Counted from the first letter of the stretch, positions 1 to 10,495 are shown. The stretch is 64,000 bases of DNA from Candidatus Hadarchaeota archaeon (GCA_964452145.1 CAYVLA010000001.1:1-64000), one strand, 5' to 3'. Notes: a model not told the origin generated them from the sequence alone. Made by a program: numbers and translations.

Positions 1-115
1 GCTGAAAAAGAGGAGCCGACTCGGCGAGGACCTGTCTCTCCTTAAGTCTCCGGAGATTCCCTGGCCAGCTAGGCGGAATGGTCCGTCCCCGTCTTGAGGC
101 ATTTGAAACGCAGCC

Positions 116-514
116 CTAAGCGACCCCGACCGCTTTCGCGGACTGCCAGAGACCATGGATGTTGCAGAGGGCCAGAGCATATATGGTTCCCGGAGCGCTG
201 ATCTTCAGGTAGGCCGTAGCCTCGTGGTGGGTGTAGACCGGACCCTGATTGGCCCCCTTGGCCGATTCTCCATGTGCGCTGAACTCGTACGTTCCCACAT
301 GGTAGGTGAACTTCTCGCCGTCAGCATGATAAAACAACTGAATCCACCTTATGTGGTGTTCCGTTGTGTTCGGGTGCGCCACCTGTTTGCCAAGGCTCAC
401 CTTGACTGAGAAGACCTCTCCGGCCTTCACCTGGTCGGGGCACTCAATGACGGGGACATGCTTCTCCGTCTTCCAATCCGCCTCCTGGAGGCGTTCACCT
501 AGTCTAGTTGGCAT
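116..514 (-). CDS. sor: Superoxide reductase (neelaredoxin/class II SOR)
   Basis: EKHVPVIE, HPNTTEHHIRWI and CNIHGLW iron-site motifs. Confidence 0.93.
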   Translation of the reverse strand: MPTRLGERLQEADWKTEKHVPVIECPDQVKAGEVFSVKVSLGKQVAHPNTTEHHIRWIQLFYHADGEKFTYHVGTYEFSAHGESAKGANQGPVYTHHEATAYLKISAPGTIYALALCNIHGLWQSAKAVGVA

Positions 515-655
515 GCTTATGCCTCGAGTTTTGCGAGGTCCCCGGCCTTATTAGCTTTCGGTTTTATGGTCCCCGGCTGTCCGGAGGTGTCACGGCTAAG
601 CCTGTCCGAGGATCAAAGTGATATATCCGGCCTTGCTCGAATTGTCAGGATCGCC

Positions 656-1384
656 TTGGAAAGGGTCTGGGTGGGGACCTCTGGATGGAGCTACGATCAC
701 TGGCGGAGCGTGTTCTATCCGGAAGAACTGCCGACATCGGAAAGGCTTCGCTTCTACTGCCAGAGGTTCAACACCGTAGAGGTGAATAGCTCCTTCTACC
801 ACCTTCCTCTGGAGACCACGTTCAGGCGGTGGGGGGAGGCGACGCCGGACGACTTCATCTTCTCCGTGAAGGGGAGCAGGTACGTCACCCACATCAAGAA
901 GATGGTCGACCCGAAAGAGGCGGTGGACAGGCTCTTGGGCCGGGCGGCGCTGCTCGGATCCAAGCTGGGGCCGATCCTCTGGCAGGTTCCACCGCAGCTC
1001 AAGAGGGATGACGCCCGTCTTGAAGGAATCCTGCGATGCCTGCCCTCAGACCTAGCCAACGTGTTCGAGTTCCGCCATAAGAGCTGGTTCTGCAGCGATG
1101 TCCACCGACTCCTTGAGAGATACGATGCTTCCTTCTGCTGCGTCAGCTCTCCCGATCTTGTCACCGACCTTGTCACGACAGGCAAGGCGGGATACATGAG
1201 GATGCACGGCGAGGGCGGCTGGTATTCGTCCAACTACACCCAGGAACAGCTCGAGCTGTGGGCTGCCAGAATCTCAGAAGGCTTCTCAGACTGTGAAAGA
1301 TCCTTCGTCTACTTCAACAACGACGCCAATGCCTACGCGGTTGCCAACGCCGTTCAGATGAGGAAGCTGCTGGAGAAGCTATGA
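656..1384 (+). CDS. DUF72 domain protein
   Basis: VGTSGWSY, FNTVEVNSSFY, FEFRHKSW, YMRMHG and YFNND motifs. Start re-assigned to TTG 656, about 30 nt after an AT-rich box. Confidence 0.9.
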   Translation: MERVWVGTSGWSYDHWRSVFYPEELPTSERLRFYCQRFNTVEVNSSFYHLPLETTFRRWGEATPDDFIFSVKGSRYVTHIKKMVDPKEAVDRLLGRAALLGSKLGPILWQVPPQLKRDDARLEGILRCLPSDLANVFEFRHKSWFCSDVHRLLERYDASFCCVSSPDLVTDLVTTGKAGYMRMHGEGGWYSSNYTQEQLELWAARISEGFSDCERSFVYFNNDANAYAVANAVQMRKLLEKL

Positions 1385-1950
1385 GGGACGACGAAGCTGA
1401 TGCCTAGTCTCCAGGTTCTTTGCGGATGGCTTGTGCTGGATTCTCGCACGGCGCCATCCAATACGACGGGTCCTCGAGCAAGGATTCGTCTACGTCTGGC
1501 ATATCCCATCAGCGTCAGACCCGATGCGAGTACGAGCAATGGTGACAGCAGTTCAGATATGTCGGTGCCAGGCGGCGGATTCGTTTCTGGCCTTGAATCC
1601 TGGGCACGAAGAGAGGCCAGATCAACGCATATCTCCTGAATCCTAGCATTACCGAACTCCGAGACCATGATGTTGCCAGAACTCGTGATGAGCAGATCGC
1701 TTATTCCGTTGAACTCTCCCAATCCTGCATTCTTCGTCGGTTATGTCCGTTCGATTGAACCACCAGTACGTGAAAGTTGTGTGGACATCGAACATGATCT
1801 CCAGACCGTTGCTCACGGAGGCATCATCGTATTCGAAGTAGTGAGATGTATGCCAAGCCGGGTAGAAACGATGCTCTCCAAACGGGCCAAAGGGCCCAAA
1901 GCGCCAAGAATGCCCGAAGCAAAGAGGTGAGGAGGAGGATCCGAAGCAGT
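1354..1950 (-). pseudogene. Degraded surface-protein remnant (NHL-repeat end plus C-terminal membrane anchor)
   Basis: ORF 1354-1722 has GEFNGISDLLITSSGNIMVSEFGNARIQ (NHL-like), then a Pro linker, a hydrophobic helix and RRRR. Upstream protein-like sequence is in a different frame with no start. Confidence 0.5.
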
Positions 1951-1980
1951 TTTATGTTGAACGCGGCCGGATCACGTTGC

Positions 1981-3210
1981 GTGTCTGTTCGCCTATCGCC
2001 GATCCTCATCGCGATGATGGCCCTACCTGCCCTCTCGGCAGGCCAACAGGCCCAAACGGGGAGGCTCAGCGTGCTCTACATTGGGGAACCTTTCGTCTAT
2101 GCCATCCCAGCCCACTACATGCTGGCCGAGCCGCTCATAGACCTATCCAAGGTGGAGGCCTCCCTCTGGATAGGCAACATCAACGATGTCAGGCGATCGA
2201 TGAGGGTGTCCATGCCTCGGAGTTACGAGGCCCTCGTCAGCAAGTTCGACGTGGTCGTTATCAGCGACGCCAACATGTTCACTTTCCGGCCGGAACACAT
2301 CTTCTGGATCGGCGACAGCGTCGAACGGGACGGCATGGGGCTCTTCATGCCCGGCGGGTACGAAAGCCTGGGGGGTTTCCGGGATAACCCTTCCTGGGGA
2401 CCGACCAGGGTTGGCGAGGTTCTCCCGGTGGATGTCTGGGAGCAGGGCTTCTACCTCGAACAGCCCTCCGCCGTGGATATCGACTCCCTGGATCGCAGCG
2501 ATCCGTTCATCCAGAGCCTGCCGTGGGATACGCTGGTGGCTCCCTACAACGTCTTCGGCCAGGGGGGCGGAATGAACATGGTTACCCCCAGGGAAGGCAG
2601 CAAGACCATCGCCCAACTGCGAAGGCTGAAGGACAACTTCATGATGCCTATGCTGGTGTTGTGGGGTATCGGCACGGGGCGGTCCATCATCATGTCACCG
2701 GACTGGACCCCGGCGGCAGCCGGCCTCTTCATCGAATGGGACTACTACGGGGACTTCGTGAGTGGGCTGATGCTTCACACCGGTATGAGGCAGATCCCGA
2801 CCGATTACGAGCTTCTTCACAGGATCAGGACTGCGTATTTCGAGTATGGCGAGAAGAAGAACCTGGTGATCTCGATGATCGACTTCATCGACAAGTTCGG
2901 TGCCAACCCGAAACCGGTCGAATCCAGGATTGCAGAGGCCGACTCCAAGCGATCGGTCTCCCATGCCGACTACCTGGCATACGAATTCGAAGGCGCCAGG
3001 GATGGTATCGCCGAAGCGATCAGGATGATGGACGAGGCCAGGGAGTTGGCCTTCAGGCTGAAGGACACCGCACTTTTCTGGGTCTACCTGACGGAGTGGT
3101 CGGCCGTATCGGGGACATTGATCCTCTGCGGTTCCGTCCTGTACGCATTGATGATCAAGAGGAGAATGTACAGAGAGGTTTCCGCAACGAGATCCGGGCG
3201 TACCGCCTAG
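1981..3210 (+). CDS. Family A surface protein A1: signal peptide, class I glutamine-amidotransferase-like (DUF1355-like) ectodomain, helical stalk, single TM, basic tail
   Basis: MPRSY..L..KFDVVVISDA, GMGLFMPGGYES, DWTP, ALFWVYLTEW...LMIKRRMYREV. Clear paralog of 4337-5551, 46764-48029 and 55043-56269. GTG start inferred. Confidence 0.8.
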   Translation: MSVRLSPILIAMMALPALSAGQQAQTGRLSVLYIGEPFVYAIPAHYMLAEPLIDLSKVEASLWIGNINDVRRSMRVSMPRSYEALVSKFDVVVISDANMFTFRPEHIFWIGDSVERDGMGLFMPGGYESLGGFRDNPSWGPTRVGEVLPVDVWEQGFYLEQPSAVDIDSLDRSDPFIQSLPWDTLVAPYNVFGQGGGMNMVTPREGSKTIAQLRRLKDNFMMPMLVLWGIGTGRSIIMSPDWTPAAAGLFIEWDYYGDFVSGLMLHTGMRQIPTDYELLHRIRTAYFEYGEKKNLVISMIDFIDKFGANPKPVESRIAEADSKRSVSHADYLAYEFEGARDGIAEAIRMMDEARELAFRLKDTALFWVYLTEWSAVSGTLILCGSVLYALMIKRRMYREVSATRSGRTA

Positions 3211-4010
3211 CCCATGAAGTTCGCAAGCACCTTGTCGATCTTGCCGTTGACGTACAGCCTGATCATGCTGAGGGATCCGCGGCCCTGATCGGCTCTCCCC
3301 ATGACCTCTATGATCACCGATATCGCATCGTCGGGCATCAGATCGGTGAATACGATCCTTCCGTTCTGGGGAGCCTCCTCCATCGGTCTTTCCCCCGGTT
3401 TGAGTTCCTGGGCTGAGCGCTGGCTGATGTAGATCTGCTCCTGCTCGTTCCTCAATACCGTGATCTTGGCCAGTTGACTGCGATAGTAGTAGAAGCCGGA
3501 CTTGCCAACCATGTGCGTTGCATTCCCCTCCTTGCTTGGCAGTATCAGGTGGGCGGCAACTGCGTCTTCGGCGTGAGACCACTCGGTGAAGGCCGGTAAC
3601 CCTTCGCCTATGTCGAAAAGAAGGTACGGGATCTCGCTTCCGTTGCCCTCCAGAGTACCCTGCATCTCCTCGGGTTCAAAGCCCAAAGAGCTGACAAGAT
3701 CTCTCTGCACGGCATACCCGGGAAGACGTTCTCCCCAATCATGGAGAGAACTTGCCCCCGGTGTAGGAATCGGACTTGCCGGAACGAAGAAAGCATACCT
3801 GATGACCAGCTCCTCGACCCTCGCTCTGACAACCAAGCCCACCACGAATTTGTGGGTCAGTTCGAGGTCGACCTGTCGTCTGATCTGTGCCGGAGCCGTG
3901 TTCCTGATTACCGTAACGTATTCCTCTGGGGATCGAAGAAAGGCGAGGTGGGATATCATGGTGGACACGATGAGCGAAACTGCGATGATCCCCGGCAGTC
4001 TCCTATCCAT
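3207..4010 (-). CDS. Family B protein B1: N-terminal membrane anchor plus beta-rich ectodomain, unknown function
   Basis: Hydrophobic N-terminus, RNTAP, PGERPMEEAPQNGRIVF, IRLYVNG..KVLAN. Paralog of 9591-10460 and 54188-55027. Confidence 0.75.
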   Translation of the reverse strand: MDRRLPGIIAVSLIVSTMISHLAFLRSPEEYVTVIRNTAPAQIRRQVDLELTHKFVVGLVVRARVEELVIRYAFFVPASPIPTPGASSLHDWGERLPGYAVQRDLVSSLGFEPEEMQGTLEGNGSEIPYLLFDIGEGLPAFTEWSHAEDAVAAHLILPSKEGNATHMVGKSGFYYYRSQLAKITVLRNEQEQIYISQRSAQELKPGERPMEEAPQNGRIVFTDLMPDDAISVIIEVMGRADQGRGSLSMIRLYVNGKIDKVLANFMG

Positions 4011-4336
4011 GGTACTCTGAGTCCGGCCACTTCTTCTCTTAAAGGTTAGCCGAGGGTTCGGGTCCGGGGACCCGTAGGGAATCGCCAGATTCGCCGGGTC
4101 CGCCTCGATGCAGGGCTTGTTGTCAACATCGGAACGGGTAGACGGACCCAACCCGCGGCTGAATTCGCAAATCGGTGTATCTACATCCCCGGATGTGTTC
4201 CCGAAAGACATGCGTGTTCTCAGGCGAGGCTGGATCGTTTTCAGATGCTAGCACAGCGTATGCATCGAGGAGATTCTCGAGAAGCAAGCAGGAGTCCATA
4301 AGATACAAATATGCCAGGATCCCAAGAGGTAACTGG

Positions 4337-5551
4337 ATGGGCTCAAGGTTTACTGTTTTCATCGTGCTGCTGTTGGTGTCTCTGACCAGCTCTGCCAGCC
4401 ATGGGCGGGAGCCCATGCGGGATCCCGTGTCCGGACGGGTCAGGATTCTCTACTATGGTGATGCCTTTGCACCAAGTCCCTATCCTACCTACGTGGCCGA
4501 TCCGATGACGAGCGTCGTTGCCCTGACAGGGATGTACGGACCCGATGTGGACAGGAAGATGCGCATCTTCATGCCCCGATCCTACAGGGATCTTCTAAGC
4601 AAGTACGACTTCATGATAATCAGCGATGCGATAGTGAACAACTTCCGCCCCGAGTACATCCACTGGTTCAGGGACTCCGTGATCGAGGATGGGCTGGGGC
4701 TGATAATGATCGGGGGGCACTACAGCTTCGGAAGCCGATTCGGGGAATCACCGTGGGGGGACACGGTTCTTCAGGATGCGATGTGCGTCTTGATGCCCAC
4801 CGAAGGCTGGGCTCCGGGTTCCCATGCGGGTGTACTGAAGATCGTTGCCCCGCAGAACGTCTTTGCTAGGTCCTTGCCATTTGATGACATAGGCCCCTTC
4901 GGGGTATTCTACTTCTGCAACATCGTCATCCCGAAGGAGGGCTCAGAGCTGATCGCCAACTACTTGAGATCGGGACAGACCTACCCGTTGCTGGTCTACG
5001 GCGATATGGGCAAGGGATCGTCCATAGCCATGACCGTCGACTGGACGCCGGATGGGGGAAGGGACTTCATAAGGTGGCCCTACTATGCGGATTTCGCCCT
5101 GAACATCGCCCTGTACGGAACGGGGAACAAGATACCTCAGGATCTGGAACTTGCTCACCGTGCCAGGCTCCTGATAGGTGATTACCATTCCCAGGTCGAG
5201 ACTCTTCAAAGCGTGATGGATTTTGTGGCAAGATTCGGGGTGAACCTGGCTTCCGCCGAGAGGTTGCTCGCCGAAACCGATGCCCAGGCAAAGGCCGGCA
5301 GGCAGGCCTATATCGACGCCGACCTGCAGACCGCAGTTGAACATCTTGATTCGGCGATGGAGGAGCTCGCCAAAGCCGCGGACCGAATCTGGAAGCTTCG
5401 ATATGAAGCGCTTGCGTGGGTCTACGTCACGGAATGGCTCGTCGTATCTGCGAGCGGGATGATATGTGGCTTCATCGTCTGGACTCTGATGATAAGGCGC
5501 CGGCTCTACAGGGAGATGGAGACGACCAGGCTCTCCAAGGCAAGTACCTGA
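4337..5551 (+). CDS. Family A surface protein A2
   Basis: Signal peptide, MPRSYRDLLSKYDFMIISDA, GLGLIMIGG, DWTPDGG, ALAWVYVTEW...LMIRRRLYREM. Confidence 0.82.
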   Translation: MGSRFTVFIVLLLVSLTSSASHGREPMRDPVSGRVRILYYGDAFAPSPYPTYVADPMTSVVALTGMYGPDVDRKMRIFMPRSYRDLLSKYDFMIISDAIVNNFRPEYIHWFRDSVIEDGLGLIMIGGHYSFGSRFGESPWGDTVLQDAMCVLMPTEGWAPGSHAGVLKIVAPQNVFARSLPFDDIGPFGVFYFCNIVIPKEGSELIANYLRSGQTYPLLVYGDMGKGSSIAMTVDWTPDGGRDFIRWPYYADFALNIALYGTGNKIPQDLELAHRARLLIGDYHSQVETLQSVMDFVARFGVNLASAERLLAETDAQAKAGRQAYIDADLQTAVEHLDSAMEELAKAADRIWKLRYEALAWVYVTEWLVVSASGMICGFIVWTLMIRRRLYREMETTRLSKAST

Positions 5552-5669
5552 CCACGTGCAGCGTCTTTGATTCTGTGTGGGCCTGGGGGCTCTGCAGTAA
5601 TCTTGAAGAACGTAGGCCGCGTCGTGACAGGCACGCCGTAACCGCTGGCGAGCATGCGGAGGTAGTTCG

Positions 5670-8531
5670 ATGGTGACGAGGATCCATGGACTTGACGGAG
5701 AATGGTTCATCTGCGCCGACCCGCTGAATACGGGCCTGAAGCAGAGATGGTTTCGGGAACCCAGAAAGGAAGCGAAAGCAACGCGGGTGCCGGGGATAAT
5801 TCAGGAGGTGTATCCAGGCTACCACGGGATCGCATGGTACTGGAAGGACTTCACGCCTCCGAGGCACCACAGTCCCCATGGAAGATACCTTCTGCGCCTC
5901 TGGGCTGTTGACTATGCCGCAAGGGTCTGGGTGAACTCAAGGCCCGCCGGACGCTGCGAGGGAGGCGAGACCCCCGCGGTTATAGACATCACCGAGCATA
6001 TCGTTCCGGAGTCAGCAAACCGTCTGTGCATCCGAGTCCTGAACCCAACCAACGAGCCCATCGACGGGATGAGGCTGGCCGAGACGCCTCACCGGAACAA
6101 GGGCATTCCATACCGCGTCGGCGGGTCCTACAACTACGGGGGAATAACCGAGTCCGTCGAGCTGATCTCGGTGCCCCGGGTCCATCTGTCGGATGTGTTC
6201 GCCAAGCCTCATCTGCGAACGGGAATCGTCGAGATCCGAGCGACGGTCCGCAACGCTGGCCCCGCCGATGTAAAGGCCAAGGCAACCTTTGCGATAGCTC
6301 CGGCGACGGGAGGACGCATCCTTGACAGCTCTTCAACGGAGACTTTCCTCCGCGTAGGTGAAACCCTGCTGCAGTCCGAGCTGAGGGTTCAGGCCCCGCG
6401 AAGATGGGACCTGCACGATCCCTTTCTCTACAGGGTCACGGTGATTCTGGGGGCAGAAGTGGATTCCGACGAACAGTCGGTGCGGTGCGGATTCAGGGAA
6501 CTCAGGGTGGCAGGAGGCTTCTTCCAGCTCAACGGCAGGAGGGTATTTGTTCGCAGCGCCCACACCGGCAATCATTGCCCCGTTGGCCAGATCATTCCGC
6601 CTCCCGGACCCTACGACATGCTGAGAAGGGATCTGATCTATGCCAAGGCATGCGGATTCAACATGGTTCGATTCATAGCCGGAGTTGCCCATCCCTGGCA
6701 GCTTGATCTCTGCGACGAGATTGGCTTGATGGTCTACGAAGAGTCCCTCGCCGGGTGGTGTCTGGAGGACTCGCCACGCATGCGCGAACGTTTCAGGAGA
6801 TCGGTAACGGAGATGATCCTCCGGGACCGCAACCACCCAAGCGTTGTGATCTGGGGCCTGTTGAATGAGACCAAGGACGGCCCCGTCTTTCGCCAAGCCG
6901 TCGATAGCCTGGGGATGGTGCGGAGGTTGGACGACACACGGCTGGTGCTCCTCAACAGCGGTCGCTGGGATGGCAGGTTCAGCATAGGCTCCGTGAGCAA
7001 CCCCGGAAGCCTGCGTTGGGAACCGGAATGGGGAGACGAGGATCCAGATCATCAACAGCCCTTCTCTTGGGGCGAAGGCGGCTACGCGAAAGGAGCGGGC
7101 GATGCCCACGTATACCCCTCCACTCCGCACACCGATGCCTCCGTTGATCTGATAAGGCGTCTAGGCCACGAATCCAAGCCCGTCTTCCTGTCTGAGTACG
7201 GCATCGGTAGCCTGCTTAACGCGATCCAAGAGATGCGCAAGTTCGAGGAGGGCGGATTCAGTCCCGATCTTGAGGATCACTCCCTGATGAAATCAATGGC
7301 GGAGGCCTTCCTAGCCGATTGGAAGGCCATGGAACTCGACGGGATTTACCCCTTCCCCGAGGACCTCCTGAGGGATAGCCAGAGGCTGCATTGTCGCCAG
7401 CGCCTCTTCGGCTTCGATCTGATAAGGGCCAACCCCAGAATCTGCGGCTTCAACATCACGGGGATGCTTGACCATGGGATGACGGGGGAAGGGCTCTGGA
7501 CCTTCTGGAGGGAGTTCAAACCAGGCATGATGGACGCGCTTCGCGATGGATGGGCCCCTCTTCGATGGTGCACTTTCGTTCGCCCCATGCACGGCTACGC
7601 CGATGGAACCTTCCAGATCGCGGTTGTGCTTGCCAACGAGGATATCCTGCCCCCTGGGGACTACCCGGTATGCGTCAGGGTCAACGGCCCCAACGGAATC
7701 ACTTGGGAGAAGAGAGCGACGCTGTCCTTGGATCCGTGCTCTCAGGGGATTCGGCAGTTGTCGGTGCCGGTGCTCAAGGAAGGAGTGGAGCTCGGGGGAC
7801 AGGGGGGCGTCTATGAGCTTGCAGTCGATCTGGAGCGAGGTGGGGCACCGGCAGGAGGTCGTTTGAGGTTTCATGCCACAAGCGAGGGCAGCTTCCCGGA
7901 TGTGCAGACGGAGATTCTGACCTGGGGGATCGACCAGAGAATCACCGAGTGGCTTGGCTCCAAGGGAGTTCGGATTCGGACGTTCCCGAGCCCGACTCCC
8001 GGGCCTCGGATCATGGTGATAGGCGATTCGGTGGGCGAGTCCAGCGAGAAGGCATGGGGAGAGATTGTCAGGCGGGTAAGGAACGGCTCTGGGGCCATAT
8101 TCCTCTCTCCGCGGGCATTCAAGGAGGGAAATGACAGGACAGCTCACCTCCCTCTCAAGAACAAGGGTCGGATTCACGATTTCAGCGACTGGCTCTATCA
8201 CAAGGAATGCGTTGCCAAATCCCATCCCATCTTTGAGGGGCTTCAATGCGGAGGGATCATGGACTGGGACTACTACGGACCCATCATCCCCCACGCCGTC
8301 TTTGAGGGCGTGGACCTCCCGGATGAGGTTGTGGCAGCTGCGTTCGCCGTGGGGTATACCTGCCCCAGCGGCTACTCGTCAGGGATCCTCGTCGGCGTGT
8401 ACCGGCTCGGAAAGGGTATGCTCATAATCAACACGCTTAACATCCTGGAGAACATCCGATCCCATCCCGCAGCCGATCGCCTGCTGCTCAATATGATCGC
8501 CTATGCGGCCGCGATGACAAGGCGGGACTAG
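5670..8531 (+). CDS. Glycoside hydrolase family 2 with C-terminal extension
   Basis: GIAWY, GFNMVR, LCDEIGLMV, RDRNHPSVVIWGLLNE (acid/base) and PVFLSEYG (nucleophile). No signal peptide. Confidence 0.9.
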   Translation: MVTRIHGLDGEWFICADPLNTGLKQRWFREPRKEAKATRVPGIIQEVYPGYHGIAWYWKDFTPPRHHSPHGRYLLRLWAVDYAARVWVNSRPAGRCEGGETPAVIDITEHIVPESANRLCIRVLNPTNEPIDGMRLAETPHRNKGIPYRVGGSYNYGGITESVELISVPRVHLSDVFAKPHLRTGIVEIRATVRNAGPADVKAKATFAIAPATGGRILDSSSTETFLRVGETLLQSELRVQAPRRWDLHDPFLYRVTVILGAEVDSDEQSVRCGFRELRVAGGFFQLNGRRVFVRSAHTGNHCPVGQIIPPPGPYDMLRRDLIYAKACGFNMVRFIAGVAHPWQLDLCDEIGLMVYEESLAGWCLEDSPRMRERFRRSVTEMILRDRNHPSVVIWGLLNETKDGPVFRQAVDSLGMVRRLDDTRLVLLNSGRWDGRFSIGSVSNPGSLRWEPEWGDEDPDHQQPFSWGEGGYAKGAGDAHVYPSTPHTDASVDLIRRLGHESKPVFLSEYGIGSLLNAIQEMRKFEEGGFSPDLEDHSLMKSMAEAFLADWKAMELDGIYPFPEDLLRDSQRLHCRQRLFGFDLIRANPRICGFNITGMLDHGMTGEGLWTFWREFKPGMMDALRDGWAPLRWCTFVRPMHGYADGTFQIAVVLANEDILPPGDYPVCVRVNGPNGITWEKRATLSLDPCSQGIRQLSVPVLKEGVELGGQGGVYELAVDLERGGAPAGGRLRFHATSEGSFPDVQTEILTWGIDQRITEWLGSKGVRIRTFPSPTPGPRIMVIGDSVGESSEKAWGEIVRRVRNGSGAIFLSPRAFKEGNDRTAHLPLKNKGRIHDFSDWLYHKECVAKSHPIFEGLQCGGIMDWDYYGPIIPHAVFEGVDLPDEVVAAAFAVGYTCPSGYSSGILVGVYRLGKGMLIINTLNILENIRSHPAADRLLLNMIAYAAAMTRRD

Positions 8532-8598
8532 ATGCAGATGCTCGTTGCAGGGAGCCCGCACCGTTTCGGAGCTATCCTCAGGCTGAGAGGAAGCGATG

Positions 8599-9594
8599 TC
8601 AGGAGGGTCTTTTCCGCATACGCGGGACAACTAGCTTCGCGGCGAGAAGGGCTTGGAATGCGAGTCCCAGCCCCCAGATCGTTGCCAGAAAGATGAACCT
8701 CTTCCCGCCGGCTTCCCTGTTGGCCTCTTGGACCAGTTCCCTCCTGGCCGTCATACGCTGCAACTCACGCCGCAAGTCTTCATTCACGGACAGACCCACG
8801 GCCTCGTATCTCCGAGAGCCCTCCATTGCCCAACCGACACACCCCTTGAGCAGATCCCTGAACGCGGTCTGATTGAGGAGTCTGCTCCAATGGAAGGGCA
8901 GTCTCTCCACCTCGGCAACGTAGCAGCCAGGCAGAGACACGCTTCTTCCGCCCCCGATTCCCTCGAGAGCGACCACCATTGGGGTGCCGGTGGATTCCTC
9001 CCTGTAGACCACACGTGGTGTTCCCATCTGGCTGTACGGCTCGACGACGCCACCTGCTCCGAGGTTATAGGTGAACTGAGACTGGGTGATGACGAACCTA
9101 TCCGGAATGCCCTCCACGATTCCGTCGACTGGGTCGGAGAGGATGTAGGCTGATCCGTACAGGTCGCCTATCCGAGTCCCGACTCCCGTCGCATTCCCGC
9201 GGATCGGGAAAATGGTCTGAGCCAGCCTCTCCTCCGCGATCTGGCTGCAAACGGGACCGATCCCGACTAGCGAGCCGCCTTCTTCGAAGTACCGAACGAG
9301 GGCGGGGGCGAACTGCCCGAGAAAGGCGAGATCGGACTGGGCAAAGGCCGCGATGACTATGCACCTGATCTGGGGCAAGTTCGCGAGTCCTCTCAGGACA
9401 TCGTCCGATGTGACAAGAAGAACCCGCGTCCCTGTTTCCCGGACTATCTGGGCTATTCCCTCGCCGAACTGCAGCATCCTGCCGGTGTAGACAAGGACAA
9501 CCGCCTGATCGACCGAGGCTGGTGCGGTCCCTATCGAGACGGCAAGGACAAGGAGACACGCCGCCAGGGTAAGCATCTTGGGCACCATCCTCAT
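8599..9594 (-). CDS. Family C protein C1: signal peptide, GATase/ThuA-like ectodomain, stalk, C-terminal TM
   Basis: YFEEGGSLVG, IFPIRGNATGVG, GGRSV and C-terminal TM followed by RMRKR. Paralog of 53217-54191. ATGA overlap with B2. Confidence 0.8.
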   Translation of the reverse strand: MRMVPKMLTLAACLLVLAVSIGTAPASVDQAVVLVYTGRMLQFGEGIAQIVRETGTRVLLVTSDDVLRGLANLPQIRCIVIAAFAQSDLAFLGQFAPALVRYFEEGGSLVGIGPVCSQIAEERLAQTIFPIRGNATGVGTRIGDLYGSAYILSDPVDGIVEGIPDRFVITQSQFTYNLGAGGVVEPYSQMGTPRVVYREESTGTPMVVALEGIGGGRSVSLPGCYVAEVERLPFHWSRLLNQTAFRDLLKGCVGWAMEGSRRYEAVGLSVNEDLRRELQRMTARRELVQEANREAGGKRFIFLATIWGLGLAFQALLAAKLVVPRMRKRPS

Positions 9595-10460
9595 TTCACC
9601 AAATTGGCCACCGTAACAGCCAGCTCAGCATCGATGTATACTCGGATGATCTGGGCAATCATGCCCTTAGGTCTGGTGGGGGTCTCTATTGTGAAGTCGA
9701 CGGACAGTTCCTCATTCTTCTTGACGTCCTCGAATTCGACTCTGCCGAAACCCGGTGAGTCCTCCATGGGCTGCCAACCAGCGGGCGCGATGGCGGAGGA
9801 GGAGTAGGAACTGGTATGTCCATGCCGCCTGATCCTAAGCGATGCGATCGAGCTTCTCACCTCTTGCCCACCGGGCAGCTTCACGTCGAAACCTCCTAAC
9901 CTGTTGAGGAAGAAGTCCGAATAACCCTCGAAGTACAGCAGATTGGTACCGTTCTGAAGAACCATGAAGGAGGTACACACCAGCCCGGAGAGGGAGGAAT
10001 CGGCATAGAGCCTGACAAGAGGGAAATCGTAGAACACCGCAGGATAGCTAGCACCGTCCATCTCCACAACCAGATCGAGCACCAAATGGGGAATGAACTG
10101 GTTCTGCGTCTCCTCGATCATTGTGGCGATGGCGCCAATCGCCTCAGACCTCGCCCTCAGAGACGAGGCAGTCACCTCTGCCTGTTCGACGGATAGATTG
10201 CCCGTCTGTACCATAGTGCAGTACAGGATCTCCAGCATCCTGGCATTGGCCCTGGACAGAAGACCGAAGGAGAAGTCCATTCTGTCCCCGCTCTGAACGG
10301 AGGCGTACTCCCGAAGCGTCTCGGGATGAGTATTCTTGAGCACGACAACTCGGTCCCCGACCTTCTCTCGGGCAAGTGTAAGGATGACGAGCCCCGATGT
10401 CATCAGGACCATTACCATTATCGAGACCAGGCCGGAATCTATGCGCATGTGCTCCTTCAT
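9591..10460 (-). CDS. Family B protein B2
   Basis: N-terminal TM, KNTHP, YFEGYSDFF, GWQPMEDSPGFGRVEF, IIRVYIDAEL..VAN. Confidence 0.78.
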   Translation of the reverse strand: MKEHMRIDSGLVSIMVMVLMTSGLVILTLAREKVGDRVVVLKNTHPETLREYASVQSGDRMDFSFGLLSRANARMLEILYCTMVQTGNLSVEQAEVTASSLRARSEAIGAIATMIEETQNQFIPHLVLDLVVEMDGASYPAVFYDFPLVRLYADSSLSGLVCTSFMVLQNGTNLLYFEGYSDFFLNRLGGFDVKLPGGQEVRSSIASLRIRRHGHTSSYSSSAIAPAGWQPMEDSPGFGRVEFEDVKKNEELSVDFTIETPTRPKGMIAQIIRVYIDAELAVTVANLVK

Positions 10461-10495
10461 CGCGGCGTCCTCATCGGGAACACTGGGCACGGACC

